Positions 20,101 through 29,125 are shown, counted from the first letter of the stretch. The stretch: 64,000 nt of DNA from Promethearchaeota archaeon (GCA_048939245.1 JBHLPR010000003.1:14266-78265), one strand, 5' to 3'. Notes: generated by a model not told the origin, from the letters alone. Numbers and translations: made by a program.

Positions 20101-20284
20101 TCGTAAGATCCGTATTCTTTGCTAACGTGACTGCATCTTGAAGTTTCTTTTCATAAAGAAAGATTTGGCTTAAATTATTGATTCCCCGCTTGTCAAGTTT
20201 CTTTTGAAGTTTTGTAGGAAGGCTTGATAAATCTGATAAAGAAATGGAAAGGTCAATGCCAACCATTTTATTCACCACTTTCAC
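17189..20284 (-). CDS. large (1031 aa) predominantly alpha-helical protein of unknown function
   Basis: Uninterrupted 3.1-kb ORF, no TM segments, mostly helical/coiled sequence with a beta-rich C-terminal 200 aa. No recognisable catalytic motif. Confidence 0.5.
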   Translation of the reverse strand: MKVVNKMVGIDLSISLSDLSSLPTKLQKKLDKRGINNLSQIFLYEKKLQDAVTLAKNTDLTIHEALETRYFGRHHLESTLADITAKRKVEPVELLWKSHWLLGIVPDGDFRKELIALEASAIATILETLEDTNASTIETVLQILLHRLLIIPETTMKAELEQIIEFAEKFQRNSLLAYQTAKAKDTINEFTQEDDPTKQIALLRKLTRNWKALHKIMEDRGRETGKIIVTALQSIDDLKVLDISEQHLKDRLHQTMSTQKLRQSQLKHLTTAMNAAIELRDAYSTAKLATRASTLWFEMAQGKSDKAFGDDLLRSLRFARTAVFNYRALDDIARAVKQLDYILRLTGEISSDSPEILEEATTGTLKTLISTIPLLDRPIDQNLILRMSKQLDRLLARLMPKIEASEARYVLAKLHVKFQQIALNQLQQLNTEPEASLAIHRELIKAILRLTEAAPDAEKDSLLSTAAKYATQLIPEISPSTKINDQDLEVVSKITQQLSQRPVATISESAHLLMERSNQLNEHLYFQTKDPKIRAQLALQLLISTVTPDSSGKISASFPTKDLDKLEDYATTAMVAQVKGRHQAKALKAGSLLIWILLQRISKVTDVQDAYKLKKDAQEFVEQTLTFMPAVDKITKTTYPFAFLLLRNINALVHDEHPAEDSQWETLLTKSENLAQTLAKAAAAQGDTHNEILALSAAGSATAKLATLSTSAGAQHRLLRRATTQIEKALKAAAKEENPITIEAALSQYNQLMQTRLRTNPTLSTQILIFKEWDLVYQEGIEALESIDVTEAATRLQASRILNTQVPLTFTSLAQGKDKLDSVRRQLTELLREASQIGSKEQAQLATQLERQWAFQLGDESILDSGFRLEDAETSFTLADEQFRISLQIEPEISIDGQIQMKTRTFSNLRPSTKPTDLIWYEITPILCSTYKGDKIQSWLTLQKPSENNVSIGFWLITTEDLAATVTLQILGVDALSQDPEAVMIQIPGAQVELPRLPVVAEHREAKGILIYELNLTNRLPDTITMNIEIA

Positions 20285-20306
20285 TAGTTAGGGGCGCAAA
20301 ACAAGA

Positions 20307-20406
20307 ATAAGAAATTTTGCAGAATGGCATTACTCGCCCTTCACTCTCAAAGATTCAATACGTTAGTTAAGCCCCGTTACAAGTTCCTCAACTGCCTCAT
20401 CTGGAA
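20307..20406 (-). pseudogene. orphan copy of the metG 3' end (about 100 bp, about 75% identical to 27381-27480)
   Basis: aagaaattttgcagaatggcattactcgcccttcactctcaaagattcaatacgttagttaag...caactgcctcatctgg aligns with the real metG terminus aagaaattttactgaagggcgttacttagcttttgctctcgcagattcaatacgttggttgag...caactgcctcatctga. Confidence 0.65.
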
Positions 20407-20467
20407 TCCTTGAAATCATTACTATAGGTTGGGGAAATTCTTATCCTAGGTAAACTGGATCCTTCTT

Positions 20468-20932
20468 TCACCTCTCCTCAGTTATTTTAGTAGAGGTGAG
20501 CTGCTCACTTTGATGAATACCTTCACCTACCCAATAATTGCCCTGTTTCACGATAGTTTTTCCTTCTCTGTGTTCCCAGTATAGTTGAGTCAAGAGGAGG
20601 GGCCAGGACCCAAGAACAAGGACACCCAAAATGAAAGTGACGAATCCGGCAATTAGGGTTGCTACTATCCCGAGTCCAACAGGGAAGTACAAATGGAGCC
20701 ACGATATTCCATACTGAATTAGGAAAGTCTGGATTAACACCAAAGGTATCAAGATTAACAAGTGCCACCATCGAATATGTCTGATTTTTTCACGGGAAGG
20801 AATCTCTGCAGGAAGCCTAGCAGACCAACCTAATTCATAGTGTACTTGAGGTATGCCACTCAGTAAGAAGCTAAGCGAGAGACTAATCAACCCTGGAACG
20901 CTGATTAAGAAAAACCTCCAAGGGGTCGTCAC
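20468..20932 (-). CDS. small membrane protein (4 TM helices)
   Basis: 154 aa hydrophobic ORF between metG-fragment copy A and the 21040-21295 repeat. Confidence 0.4.
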   Translation of the reverse strand: MTTPWRFFLISVPGLISLSLSFLLSGIPQVHYELGWSARLPAEIPSREKIRHIRWWHLLILIPLVLIQTFLIQYGISWLHLYFPVGLGIVATLIAGFVTFILGVLVLGSWPLLLTQLYWEHREGKTIVKQGNYWVGEGIHQSEQLTSTKITEER

Positions 20933-21039
20933 TGCAAGCCATATTAATAGAAAAGCAATTGGAGTCCAACCAAGAGTAATGGTTAGGCGTCGATTGCGAA
21001 GGACATTCCACCGTGAAATCGAAGCACTAACGGATATGG

Positions 21040-21295
21040 TCTATTCCCTCTATCTGGACTAGGTGATTCCAAGACCAAAAATATTACTAAATCAGAAGCT
21101 AACTTGATTCTTGTATAGCCATCTAGTGCATTTACCGAAGATGTAAGATCCGTTATCCATCGAAGTAGAATGGTGGTTTTTTATCATAGCGCTGCATAAT
21201 GAAAGGTTGTTTGAACAACAGGCTAAGAAATTTTGCGGAATGGCGTTTCTTGTCTTTTTCTCTCAATGATTCAATATTTTAGTAGGTTTGCTTTA
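21040..21295. repeat. copy 1 of a roughly 200-bp direct repeat (21040-21245) fused to a second orphan metG 3'-end fragment (about 21227-21295)
   Basis: ctattccctctatctggactaggtgattccaagaccaaaaatattac...gcataatgaaaggttgtttgaacaacaggctaagaaatttt matches 27180-27395. It is followed by gcggaatggcgtttcttgtctttttctctcaatgattcaatatttt, which resembles the metG terminus. Confidence 0.7.
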
Positions 21296-21739
21296 GCAAA
21301 AACGAAAAGAAGGGAAGAATGAAAAACGAGGAAGTTGATGATAATTCACTTTTGGAGGGAAATTCGGTGTATTGGAAACGTGTGCCTGTTTGGGTTCCAG
21401 GCGCGTTGATCACAATTATTGTATGGCTTGTTGTACTTTACATCATTCTCACTTTTTTTTCCAATTGCGCCCGAACAGCAACCCATACTTGTATTAGTCA
21501 CCGTAATGATATTCCTGATATGTTCGGGGTCAGTGCTCTATTACTGGCTTCAACGGCTTTTTGGGACCCGATACAATCCCGACATTTAGAGTAGGAGCTT
21601 TAGTAACCTTTTTGGTCTCGGATTCACCTAATCCAATTAGAGGGAAAAAACAAATTCTAGCAAAGAATCTCGGACGAACTATAGTGAACCTATCTACTTC
21701 CTTATCTTCATTGTATCACCACTACTCCTTGTCTTTCTT

Positions 21740-22081
21740 ATGCTGGCCACTTTGATAGCTAACGCCTTGTGGATCATTATCTATGCGATACCCTATGTTA
21801 TCGTAATGCCGCTTTGGTTTTACATCGATACCCGAATACGCCGTAAATTACTAGGAGACGGAGCAAAATACGCTGTTTTATTGGTTGTCCATGGCATATC
21901 CATTATTTTACTAACTTTCAATTGGATGCTGGCGACACCTGAACCTCTGCCGTTCTGGCCTCTTTTCGTGTGGGGGTTTTGGGTGGTTTTCATCTTATTC
22001 ATTAGTTCTGTCATTTGTGAGCGGTTCTTAAAACCCAAGTTTCGTTCATTGTATGAGCAATCAGAACCAGGTCATTTCTAG
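21740..22081 (+). CDS. small membrane protein, paralog (inverted orientation) of 26782-27231
   Basis: C-terminal CERFLKPKFRSLY versus CERFLKPKLESGG. The upstream short ORF 21561-21755 shares ...SDSPNPIRGKKQ... with the paralog N-terminus ...ESPSPIRGNRV..., suggesting a frameshifted or diverged duplicate. Confidence 0.4.
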   Translation: MLATLIANALWIIIYAIPYVIVMPLWFYIDTRIRRKLLGDGAKYAVLLVVHGISIILLTFNWMLATPEPLPFWPLFVWGFWVVFILFISSVICERFLKPKFRSLYEQSEPGHF

Positions 22082-22098
22082 TTTTTTTCCACCGTAGA

Positions 22099-22935
22099 TT
22101 AAGTTTTTCGCTTTAAGAGAATAACAATAACAATAACTACTATGCTAATGCCAATACTGATTGCTACTATCTTAAGAGTCTGGTCAGATAGAGCGCCCTC
22201 AATGCTATCACTAACAACAATATTATCAATCGAGGAATTCCCCTGAAAAGAAACAAAACTGAATGTTTCCGATGTGGTGACTCTATCATCCGTTATCTCG
22301 ATAACTAATTCTGAATTGAGATTGATTTGAAACTGGCCTGGTAAATCTCGTATGATTTCAAAATGAAATACCTCATTAGCTCTTGTGATGATAGGGTGTC
22401 TAGCTAATATGTAACGCTCCAATCCTTGGAATAACTCAAAGTAGATCTCACCATTAACAAATGAGTCTAAAATTAATGCATAACCATCCATATTAGGAAC
22501 CTGGGATACTCCAGATAAATTGTAATTGTTTTCTAAATCTGTATATACAAAATTAACAGAATCGAAGGAAACATTACTACTGGATACATGCCAATCAAAA
22601 CTCCAAGTACCATATGCCGTACTACTATTATGGATAGCTCTTCTTAGATGGGTCAGGTCTCCGTGGTATCCAACATTAGGCCAGTAGTAATAGACATCTT
22701 CAGCTGTCAGCGTTCCATTCTCAATAGTGAATCCATGATCAACTTCACAAAATACATCATCAACTAGTTCGTATCCCTGGAGAATCCAATCGTCCAAGGA
22801 ATCTATATTATCAACCTCAAAATCTTCACTCCAAAATTGTCCTGCAGATACTGTGATAGGAAAGAGAGTGGAAAGGACTAAGAATAATACAGTGGATAAA
22901 ACAAGTATTCGAAATGAGATAGATCTATGAACCAA
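22099..22935 (-). CDS. secreted, C-terminally membrane-anchored surface protein (paralog A)
   Basis: 278 aa. N-terminal signal/TM, C-terminal TM anchor IVAISIGISIVVIVIVILLKRKT. Shares blocks with 22975-23796 (WSEDF.V...LDDW.LQGYE..D..F..VDHGFTI.NG.LTAEDVY, AYGTWSFDW.VS, FVSFQGNSSIDNIVVSDS). Confidence 0.5.
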   Translation of the reverse strand: MVHRSISFRILVLSTVLFLVLSTLFPITVSAGQFWSEDFEVDNIDSLDDWILQGYELVDDVFCEVDHGFTIENGTLTAEDVYYYWPNVGYHGDLTHLRRAIHNSSTAYGTWSFDWHVSSSNVSFDSVNFVYTDLENNYNLSGVSQVPNMDGYALILDSFVNGEIYFELFQGLERYILARHPIITRANEVFHFEIIRDLPGQFQINLNSELVIEITDDRVTTSETFSFVSFQGNSSIDNIVVSDSIEGALSDQTLKIVAISIGISIVVIVIVILLKRKT

Positions 22936-22974
22936 AGTTCCACCACAATTTCTCTCTGTTCCTTTAATCTAATC

Positions 22975-23796
22975 TTATTTCTTCCATTTAAAAAAGATAA
23001 CAATAGCTACAACAATGACACCTATTCCAATCCCGATTACAATAAGTTCAATAGTTAGTCCAGATTGAGTAACATCAACACTATCACTAACGACTATATT
23101 GTCAATCGAGGAGTTCCCTTGAAATGACACAAAATTGAATTTCTCACAAGAGGTGACATCATTATCTATCACATTGAGTACTAGTTGTGTATCAAAATAC
23201 ACATTAAACTCTCCTTCCAAAGAGCGTGTTATATCTATATGATGTTGGCCAATTAAATCAGAAGGAAAATCATGTCTAACAAGGATAACGCCGTGTGTTA
23301 CAGCGAACTTCTCAATGTACATCTCATCATTCATAACTGTGTCCAAAATAAGAGTATATCCTGTCATTGCATATGATGTGAATTCTCCTGTTAGATTGTA
23401 TTCATTTCGCAAGTCAGTAAACATGAACTCCACTCCATCATAACCATTCTGACTTCCACTAACACGCCAATCAAAACTCCAAGTACCATATGCCACGGTA
23501 CTATTATGAATCGCTCTTCTCACTTGGGACATGTAGATTGACCATGGAACATACACGTCCTCTGCAGTCAACTCTCCATTCACAATGGTGAAACCATGAT
23601 CCACTTGGTAGAACGTAGAATCAATCATTTCATATCCTTGAAGGACCCAATCGTCCAACTCTTCAACAGGAGAAACCGCGAAGTCTTCACTCCACACAAT
23701 TGCAGCAGATACTTGCATTTGATTTAAAGGAATTGCGATTAAGATTGTAACTGTAATCACAGATATTATTCTAAGCAACTGGAATAGTGTAGACAT
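22975..23796 (-). CDS. secreted, C-terminally membrane-anchored surface protein (paralog B)
   Basis: 273 aa, same architecture and conserved blocks as 22099-22935. Tandem duplicates. Confidence 0.5.
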   Translation of the reverse strand: MSTLFQLLRIISVITVTILIAIPLNQMQVSAAIVWSEDFAVSPVEELDDWVLQGYEMIDSTFYQVDHGFTIVNGELTAEDVYVPWSIYMSQVRRAIHNSTVAYGTWSFDWRVSGSQNGYDGVEFMFTDLRNEYNLTGEFTSYAMTGYTLILDTVMNDEMYIEKFAVTHGVILVRHDFPSDLIGQHHIDITRSLEGEFNVYFDTQLVLNVIDNDVTSCEKFNFVSFQGNSSIDNIVVSDSVDVTQSGLTIELIVIGIGIGVIVVAIVIFFKWKK

Positions 23797-23949
23797 GAAT
23801 CCACCTCCCTCTATCTTCTATTTAAAAGGAACTTCAACCCTTCGCAATGCCTTAGTGAATAAATCTGGATCTTGTCTCACGAGAGACATGTTACGTTGCC
23901 TGTAATGATACGGCTTGAAGGTTCACTAGTAGGTTATTACGAGAAGATA

Positions 23950-23988
23950 GCATAATGAGAGGTTGTTTGAACAACAGGCTAAGAAATT
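23950..23988. repeat. third partial copy of the gcataatga-aggttgtttgaacaacaggctaagaaatt element
   Basis: gcataatgagaggttgtttgaacaacaggctaagaaatt matches 21196-21234 and 27346-27389. No metG fragment follows here. Confidence 0.6.
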
Positions 23989-24290
23989 ATACAAATACAA
24001 CTCGTAAACGAAAAGATTGGTACGCCTAGATAGACGCTATGGAAGTAATCGAAACCAATAAGGATGGTAGAATCGTCGATGAACTAATTTATGGACTGCA
24101 GAGCAATGATGAGGACACTAAATCATGTATTCCAACCTTACTAGCAAGTCAAGGCGATCAGTGACCAATCCAAATCATTGGCCATCTGCTTGAGAACTTC
24201 CTGCTTCCTTAAAGGGAAGGTGCTCAAATAAATACCAAGTTGAATGGAAAAGCGTAAATCCGAACACGCTGGTTCAGATTTAGGCTCAAT

Positions 24291-26615
24291 TTGACTAGTC
24301 AGAAGCAGGATTCATTACTTGCTAGGCTGCTCAATTATATCTTAGTGAATTTTTATTCCGAACGTGAGGAATTTTTGAGCAATGTGATAAGTATGATTCT
24401 GCCTGTGAGTCGTAGGCGTGTATGGACTACAGCACTACTACTTTTTTTTCTATTCCCAGTGCCAGCTTATGTAAGACATCAATGGACATACAATTCTTCT
24501 TCCGGTCTAAGTAATAATCTCACAGTACCAATAATACCTAATCTTCTTAATTATGAAATCAACATAGTCTTCCTAGGCATCAATGAAACAAGAATAGATC
24601 AAGATTCGTTGTTGGACCAGCTACCAAAATGGTATGCCCCGGTCGATGGCATGTGGTGGCGCCAGGAGTTTGACATGAACTTCACTCTAGCATACAGCCT
24701 TAGCTTTACCGAACAAGTTCAAATAGATGATTATCGAATGTTCTTGCACCAGAACTCTGTAGAGGATAGGTCACCGTTCTTCATACAGCCTGAACATCCA
24801 ATGGCTAAATACATTCACTCGGATATGGTTGAGTCATACTTAGCTGAGAACGTGATCGACAAATCGTCAGCAACTCTTGTAATCATTGATACCTACTCCT
24901 TTGATCCGACTGGACATGTTCCCTATTACTACAATGCGACCTATAACGAACTGGATGCAGAACTTGAGGGATGGGTCATCAACCCACTTCCTTGGGCTTC
25001 AACTTACCAGATAGCTGGAGGTGGTGAGAACTCAAGACTACTCTGGCTAGATCTTTCAGCAGGTCCGACTGTCTATCATTCGACCTTCGATTCGAGTACG
25101 GGAGGTGTAGAAGAGATCTTGCCCATCTGGACCTACGAAGAACTAGTAAATCCTGTGGAACAACTAACAGAAGATCTTGTAAAATACATTACTCAAGCAG
25201 TCGAATGCCGGTTCTCGCCATCAACTTACCTTCGAGCCACTATTGGGGTGCCTCTAATCCATTCACCCACCACTGAAATTGCAATGGAAGTTCTTCTTGT
25301 AGATCTGGCCAATACTAATTTCAGATTTGAGGAAAGACTCAAGCTCGACTATATAGCATCCGAGTACGAAAGAGTGAATCCTTTCGTGGAATGGACATAT
25401 AGTGTAACGGATTGGGATTGGGAATCAGATCTGAGTTTTCTCTCAGTCCTTGAAGCTTCGCAAGATGATCAAGCGATGACCTATGACCCGAGGATTCTAG
25501 TGGAGTTTTTTGACCTAAAATACATGAGCCTCTTCAATTCGAGTTCGCATAATAGATTAGTATTACCAATCTTCTTGTTGACACTTCCTGTAGGTTGGAA
25601 CTTCAATCCTGAGTGGGGTGGAATGGCTCAATGTATCGATGGCGAGTTTGCCTACATTTATGGGAAGCAAAGTCTGGACTTAGTTGATCCTAGCTACATC
25701 GATCAGGCGATCATCCCGCTTGAAGGTTTGCAGATTGAGAGTGGAGACTCCTTCAATATTTCGGGATACTTGGGGGATTTTATTGGTTCTATCGATTTTT
25801 CGATGAATGTTCTTAACAGCAGGATTAGTGTCTATTTTCTAGATGAATATGGTTACAATCAATATGAGCAGGCTTTACCATTTGTGGATCTTTTAAATCA
25901 CTCATTTGAGAATGTCTCTGCCGGGTCGGGCATGGTGGTTTCGAACTTCGAATGCACGATTTATGGAAGATATTATCTGGTGATCGAGAATAACGAAAAC
26001 GAGACAGCAACCGTTGATATCACATTGAATATAGAGGTAGACCATTGCTATGGGTACACTTGGAAAATCATGCATGAGATTGGACATGCTTTGGGGTTAA
26101 ACCATCCCCATGATGCATACTCTTGGGGTAACTATAACCACCCGGCTGCAAATGTAGGGGTTTACCTAAATTGGCTTTGGGATATGTCGTATTCTCAGAT
26201 GAATTACGCGAACCAGGTTCCAACGATTTCCTTGATGGATATTGACACGCTTCAAAGAGAGTCCATAACAAGATATTGGGCAGATGCTGTGAACATCTGG
26301 AATGATATTGTTAATAATTCTACAATCAAATATGGTGGAGTTTCATCCATCATAGAAATGCATCTAGTAAACGCTTCCCAGCATTTCAATCAGAGCGTGG
26401 ACTATTACTCAAATACTAACAGTCTAGACAATTACCAAAATTCATTACATGAGGTTTTTAGCATGTGGAAGGAGCTTAGGTTGGCCTTAGCTGAACTAGC
26501 CTTCTATTCCCTGTTAGAGATTCAAAACATTCTGTTTATTGTTTTTGTGGTGGCTGTCATCATCTTAATTGTTGTGATCTATGTAGTAATGCGAAGAAGG
26601 AGAATGAGGGAGTAG
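24291..26615 (+). CDS. large membrane-anchored extracellular protein with a metzincin zinc-protease motif
   Basis: 774 aa. Probable signal peptide at the internal MILPVSRRRVWTTALLLFFLFPVPAYV. HEIGHALGLNHPHD (HExxHxxGxxH) near residue 590. C-terminal TM anchor ILFIVFVVAVIILIVVIYVV followed by MRRRRMRE. Confidence 0.6.
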   Translation: MTSQKQDSLLARLLNYILVNFYSEREEFLSNVISMILPVSRRRVWTTALLLFFLFPVPAYVRHQWTYNSSSGLSNNLTVPIIPNLLNYEINIVFLGINETRIDQDSLLDQLPKWYAPVDGMWWRQEFDMNFTLAYSLSFTEQVQIDDYRMFLHQNSVEDRSPFFIQPEHPMAKYIHSDMVESYLAENVIDKSSATLVIIDTYSFDPTGHVPYYYNATYNELDAELEGWVINPLPWASTYQIAGGGENSRLLWLDLSAGPTVYHSTFDSSTGGVEEILPIWTYEELVNPVEQLTEDLVKYITQAVECRFSPSTYLRATIGVPLIHSPTTEIAMEVLLVDLANTNFRFEERLKLDYIASEYERVNPFVEWTYSVTDWDWESDLSFLSVLEASQDDQAMTYDPRILVEFFDLKYMSLFNSSSHNRLVLPIFLLTLPVGWNFNPEWGGMAQCIDGEFAYIYGKQSLDLVDPSYIDQAIIPLEGLQIESGDSFNISGYLGDFIGSIDFSMNVLNSRISVYFLDEYGYNQYEQALPFVDLLNHSFENVSAGSGMVVSNFECTIYGRYYLVIENNENETATVDITLNIEVDHCYGYTWKIMHEIGHALGLNHPHDAYSWGNYNHPAANVGVYLNWLWDMSYSQMNYANQVPTISLMDIDTLQRESITRYWADAVNIWNDIVNNSTIKYGGVSSIIEMHLVNASQHFNQSVDYYSNTNSLDNYQNSLHEVFSMWKELRLALAELAFYSLLEIQNILFIVFVVAVIILIVVIYVVMRRRRMRE

Positions 26616-26781
26616 TTTCTACGTGTTGAAGATGCAAATTTTGGGTGTAGAAGGAAGTCTTTGAGGAGTTGTGCGTCATTCATCGCACGTTGGAACATAC
26701 TCACTGATTGGTTAAAGTTTATCGTCCTGTCGACTTTTCTACGGTTTATTTCAGATAAGAAACACAACTGCGACTTTGCTC

Positions 26782-27231
26782 CTATCCACCTGATTCGAGT
26801 TTTGGTTTTAAGAATCGCTCACAAAGCATGGAAGTCAAGGTTCCAAGGAACATGGCTGTGAATACAAATGAGAAACTAGCTAGGAAAAAATAGGGCGTCC
26901 AAAATGGACCAAACGACGTCATTAAGAACACCGTAATGAAACTGAATATTAAAGCCACCACAAGTTTCACTCCTCCTCTAACGAGCCCGGGTTTTATACG
27001 AGCATCAACGTAACACCAGATTTGCTTTACGATAACCCATGGTAGGGCAAATGCAATGGCAAACAATAAATTAGATAAGAATGCAAATACAAGAATTCCA
27101 CCGAAAATCAGTGGTGAGACGACAAAGCTAATGAAAAATGGGTTCACTGAAGTCTCTCCGCGACTCATTTTCAGACATACTCTATTCCCTCTAATTGGAC
27201 TAGGTGATTCCAAGACCAAAAATATTACCAA
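26782..27231 (-). CDS. small membrane protein (paralog of 21740-22081); true start probably the ATG near 27165
   Basis: Hydrophobic 4-TM protein. The annotated TTG start lies inside the 27180-27395 direct repeat. In-frame ATG (MSRGETSVNPFF...) sits about 66 bp downstream. Confidence 0.4.
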   Translation of the reverse strand: MVIFLVLESPSPIRGNRVCLKMSRGETSVNPFFISFVVSPLIFGGILVFAFLSNLLFAIAFALPWVIVKQIWCYVDARIKPGLVRGGVKLVVALIFSFITVFLMTSFGPFWTPYFFLASFSFVFTAMFLGTLTSMLCERFLKPKLESGG

Positions 27232-27395
27232 ATGAAAGTCAACACGATTCTTCTATAACCATTTGGGCTTCAAACCAGCGCATTTACAGAAGATGTAAGA
27301 TCCATTAGCCTTCGAAGCAAAATCGTGGATTTTTTTGGTCATAGTATTGCATAATGAGGTATGGTTTAAACAACAGGCTAAGAAATTTTACTGAA
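27180..27395. repeat. copy 2 of the roughly 200-bp direct repeat, abutting the stop codon of the real metG
   Basis: About 80% identical to 21040-21245 over roughly 205 bp. Confidence 0.7.
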
Positions 27396-27400
27396 GGGCG

Positions 27401-29125
27401 TTACTTAGCTTTTGCTCTCGCAGATTCAATACGTTGGTTGAGTCCAGTTGCTAATTTTTCAACTGCCTCATCTGATATCTTCGCAAACAGCACTTTAGGC
27501 TTAGATAATTCAGTGCCAGGACTAAGTGCTTCTAAACAGCTATCCACCTTCACATCATGCACACTTCCGGATTGGCTTAATTGTTTCCAAATTTTTTCTG
27601 CGGTGGCTGGTATTGCTGGTTCAATTAGTATGGCAATCGCTTTCAGCAGTTGTAAGCATTGATACAAATCGTTTTGACAGCGATCCGCATCCTCTTTGAT
27701 GGTTTTCCATGGTTCGTTTTGTTGAAAGAAAGTGTTTCCGAATGAGGCAAGGTGCATAGCAGCGTCAACAGCTTCTTTGAACTTAAAATCTTGAACAGCT
27801 TCATCAATCTCCTCTATTGTCTTTTCAATTTGCTCAGTAATTAGAGAGGAGATTGCACCTTCAGGGATTTTTTTTAAATTCCTATGAATAAACAGGAGTA
27901 CGCGGTATGCATAGTTTCCTAAAATTCCAACAAGTTCATTGTTCAATTTGGATTGGAATTCATTCCAAACGAAATCTAAATCTCTTGTATGGCCTGTATA
28001 GGAGAGGATGTAATAGCGCACAGCATCGAGATTAATTCCCTGCTTAATGAAATCTTCTTCAATATCAATTACAAAACCGCGGCTCTTTGAAAGGCCGTGG
28101 CCTTCAACTTTAACCATGCCACTGGCCACAATTGCATATGCTGTGTTATAGTTAACACCTTTTAGAATGGCAGGCCAGAAGACAGCATGATGATAGACGA
28201 TGTCTGCACCGATGAAGTTAATGATTTTTCCATCGCGAATCCAATAGTCCTTCCAATCAGCTCCGGTTTGTCGTGCCCACTCTTCTGTAAAGGATATGTA
28301 ACCTGCATAATTTTCAGCCCATACGTAGAGGACCAGATCCTCGTCACCTGGATATGGAATTCCCCATTTCAAATCTCGTGAAATACCCCAATCCTTTAGT
28401 CCTTGCCGAATCCATCCCAGGGCGTAATTCCGCGCCAAGGCTGTTCCTTTTAATTGTTCATTAAATTTGATGAGAAAATCAGTAAACATTGGTAATTTAA
28501 AGAAGTGGTGTCGGGTTTTTCGCTTAATTGCCGGTGATCCGCAGGTGACACATCGGGGATTGATCAATTGATCAGCATCGAGATAGCGTTGGCAGCCTTG
28601 ATCGCATTCATCACCACGCGCTAGAGCTCCACAATAAGGACAGGTTCCAATAAGAAAGCGGTCTGCAAGAAAGGTCTGGCAATTCTTACAGTAGGGTAAT
28701 GCTACCTCCCGGGCTTCAACATATCCGTTCTTCTCAAGAGTGCGGATTATAGTTTGTACGCGTTTGTAATGGTAAGGCGCTTCTGTTGTCCCGTACAAAT
28801 CAACGCCAATGTCCATTTTTTCAAAGATGCTTTTAAAATGTTCATGATATTTGTCTACTAGTTCTTTCGGAGTTATTCCTGCTTGTTCAGCAGCCAGTTC
28901 GATTGGGGCACCATGGGTGTCGGACCCGCATACAAATCTCACATCGTAGCCAAATCGTTTTAGGTACCTTACGTAGGCATCACCAGGAATATAGGTACGC
29001 AAGTGACCAATATGGGCCGTTCCATTCGAATAGGGAAGCCCACACGTTACTAAGATTTTATCAGTCTTGGTTAGGGACATATGGAATCCCTCCTTAGCAT
29101 TTTGGTGAGAGCATTCTTTGACCAA
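27401..29125 (-). CDS. metG: methionyl-tRNA synthetase
   Basis: 574 aa. Class I HIGH motif (AHIGHLRTYIPGDAYVRY), zinc knuckle CPYCG...C..C, KMSKS-type GLSKSRG, anticodon-binding helical C-domain. Confidence 0.9.
   Translation of the reverse strand: MVKECSHQNAKEGFHMSLTKTDKILVTCGLPYSNGTAHIGHLRTYIPGDAYVRYLKRFGYDVRFVCGSDTHGAPIELAAEQAGITPKELVDKYHEHFKSIFEKMDIGVDLYGTTEAPYHYKRVQTIIRTLEKNGYVEAREVALPYCKNCQTFLADRFLIGTCPYCGALARGDECDQGCQRYLDADQLINPRCVTCGSPAIKRKTRHHFFKLPMFTDFLIKFNEQLKGTALARNYALGWIRQGLKDWGISRDLKWGIPYPGDEDLVLYVWAENYAGYISFTEEWARQTGADWKDYWIRDGKIINFIGADIVYHHAVFWPAILKGVNYNTAYAIVASGMVKVEGHGLSKSRGFVIDIEEDFIKQGINLDAVRYYILSYTGHTRDLDFVWNEFQSKLNNELVGILGNYAYRVLLFIHRNLKKIPEGAISSLITEQIEKTIEEIDEAVQDFKFKEAVDAAMHLASFGNTFFQQNEPWKTIKEDADRCQNDLYQCLQLLKAIAILIEPAIPATAEKIWKQLSQSGSVHDVKVDSCLEALSPGTELSKPKVLFAKISDEAVEKLATGLNQRIESARAKAK

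Noticed and set aside
20285-27400. Search for an integrase/recombinase or transposase gene inside the repeat-flanked island
   Set aside because: No ORF over 60 aa with tyrosine/serine recombinase or DDE motifs was seen. Small ORFs (for example 24039-24164, 42 aa) are unconvincing. The island is therefore described as a remnant rather than as an intact mobile element.
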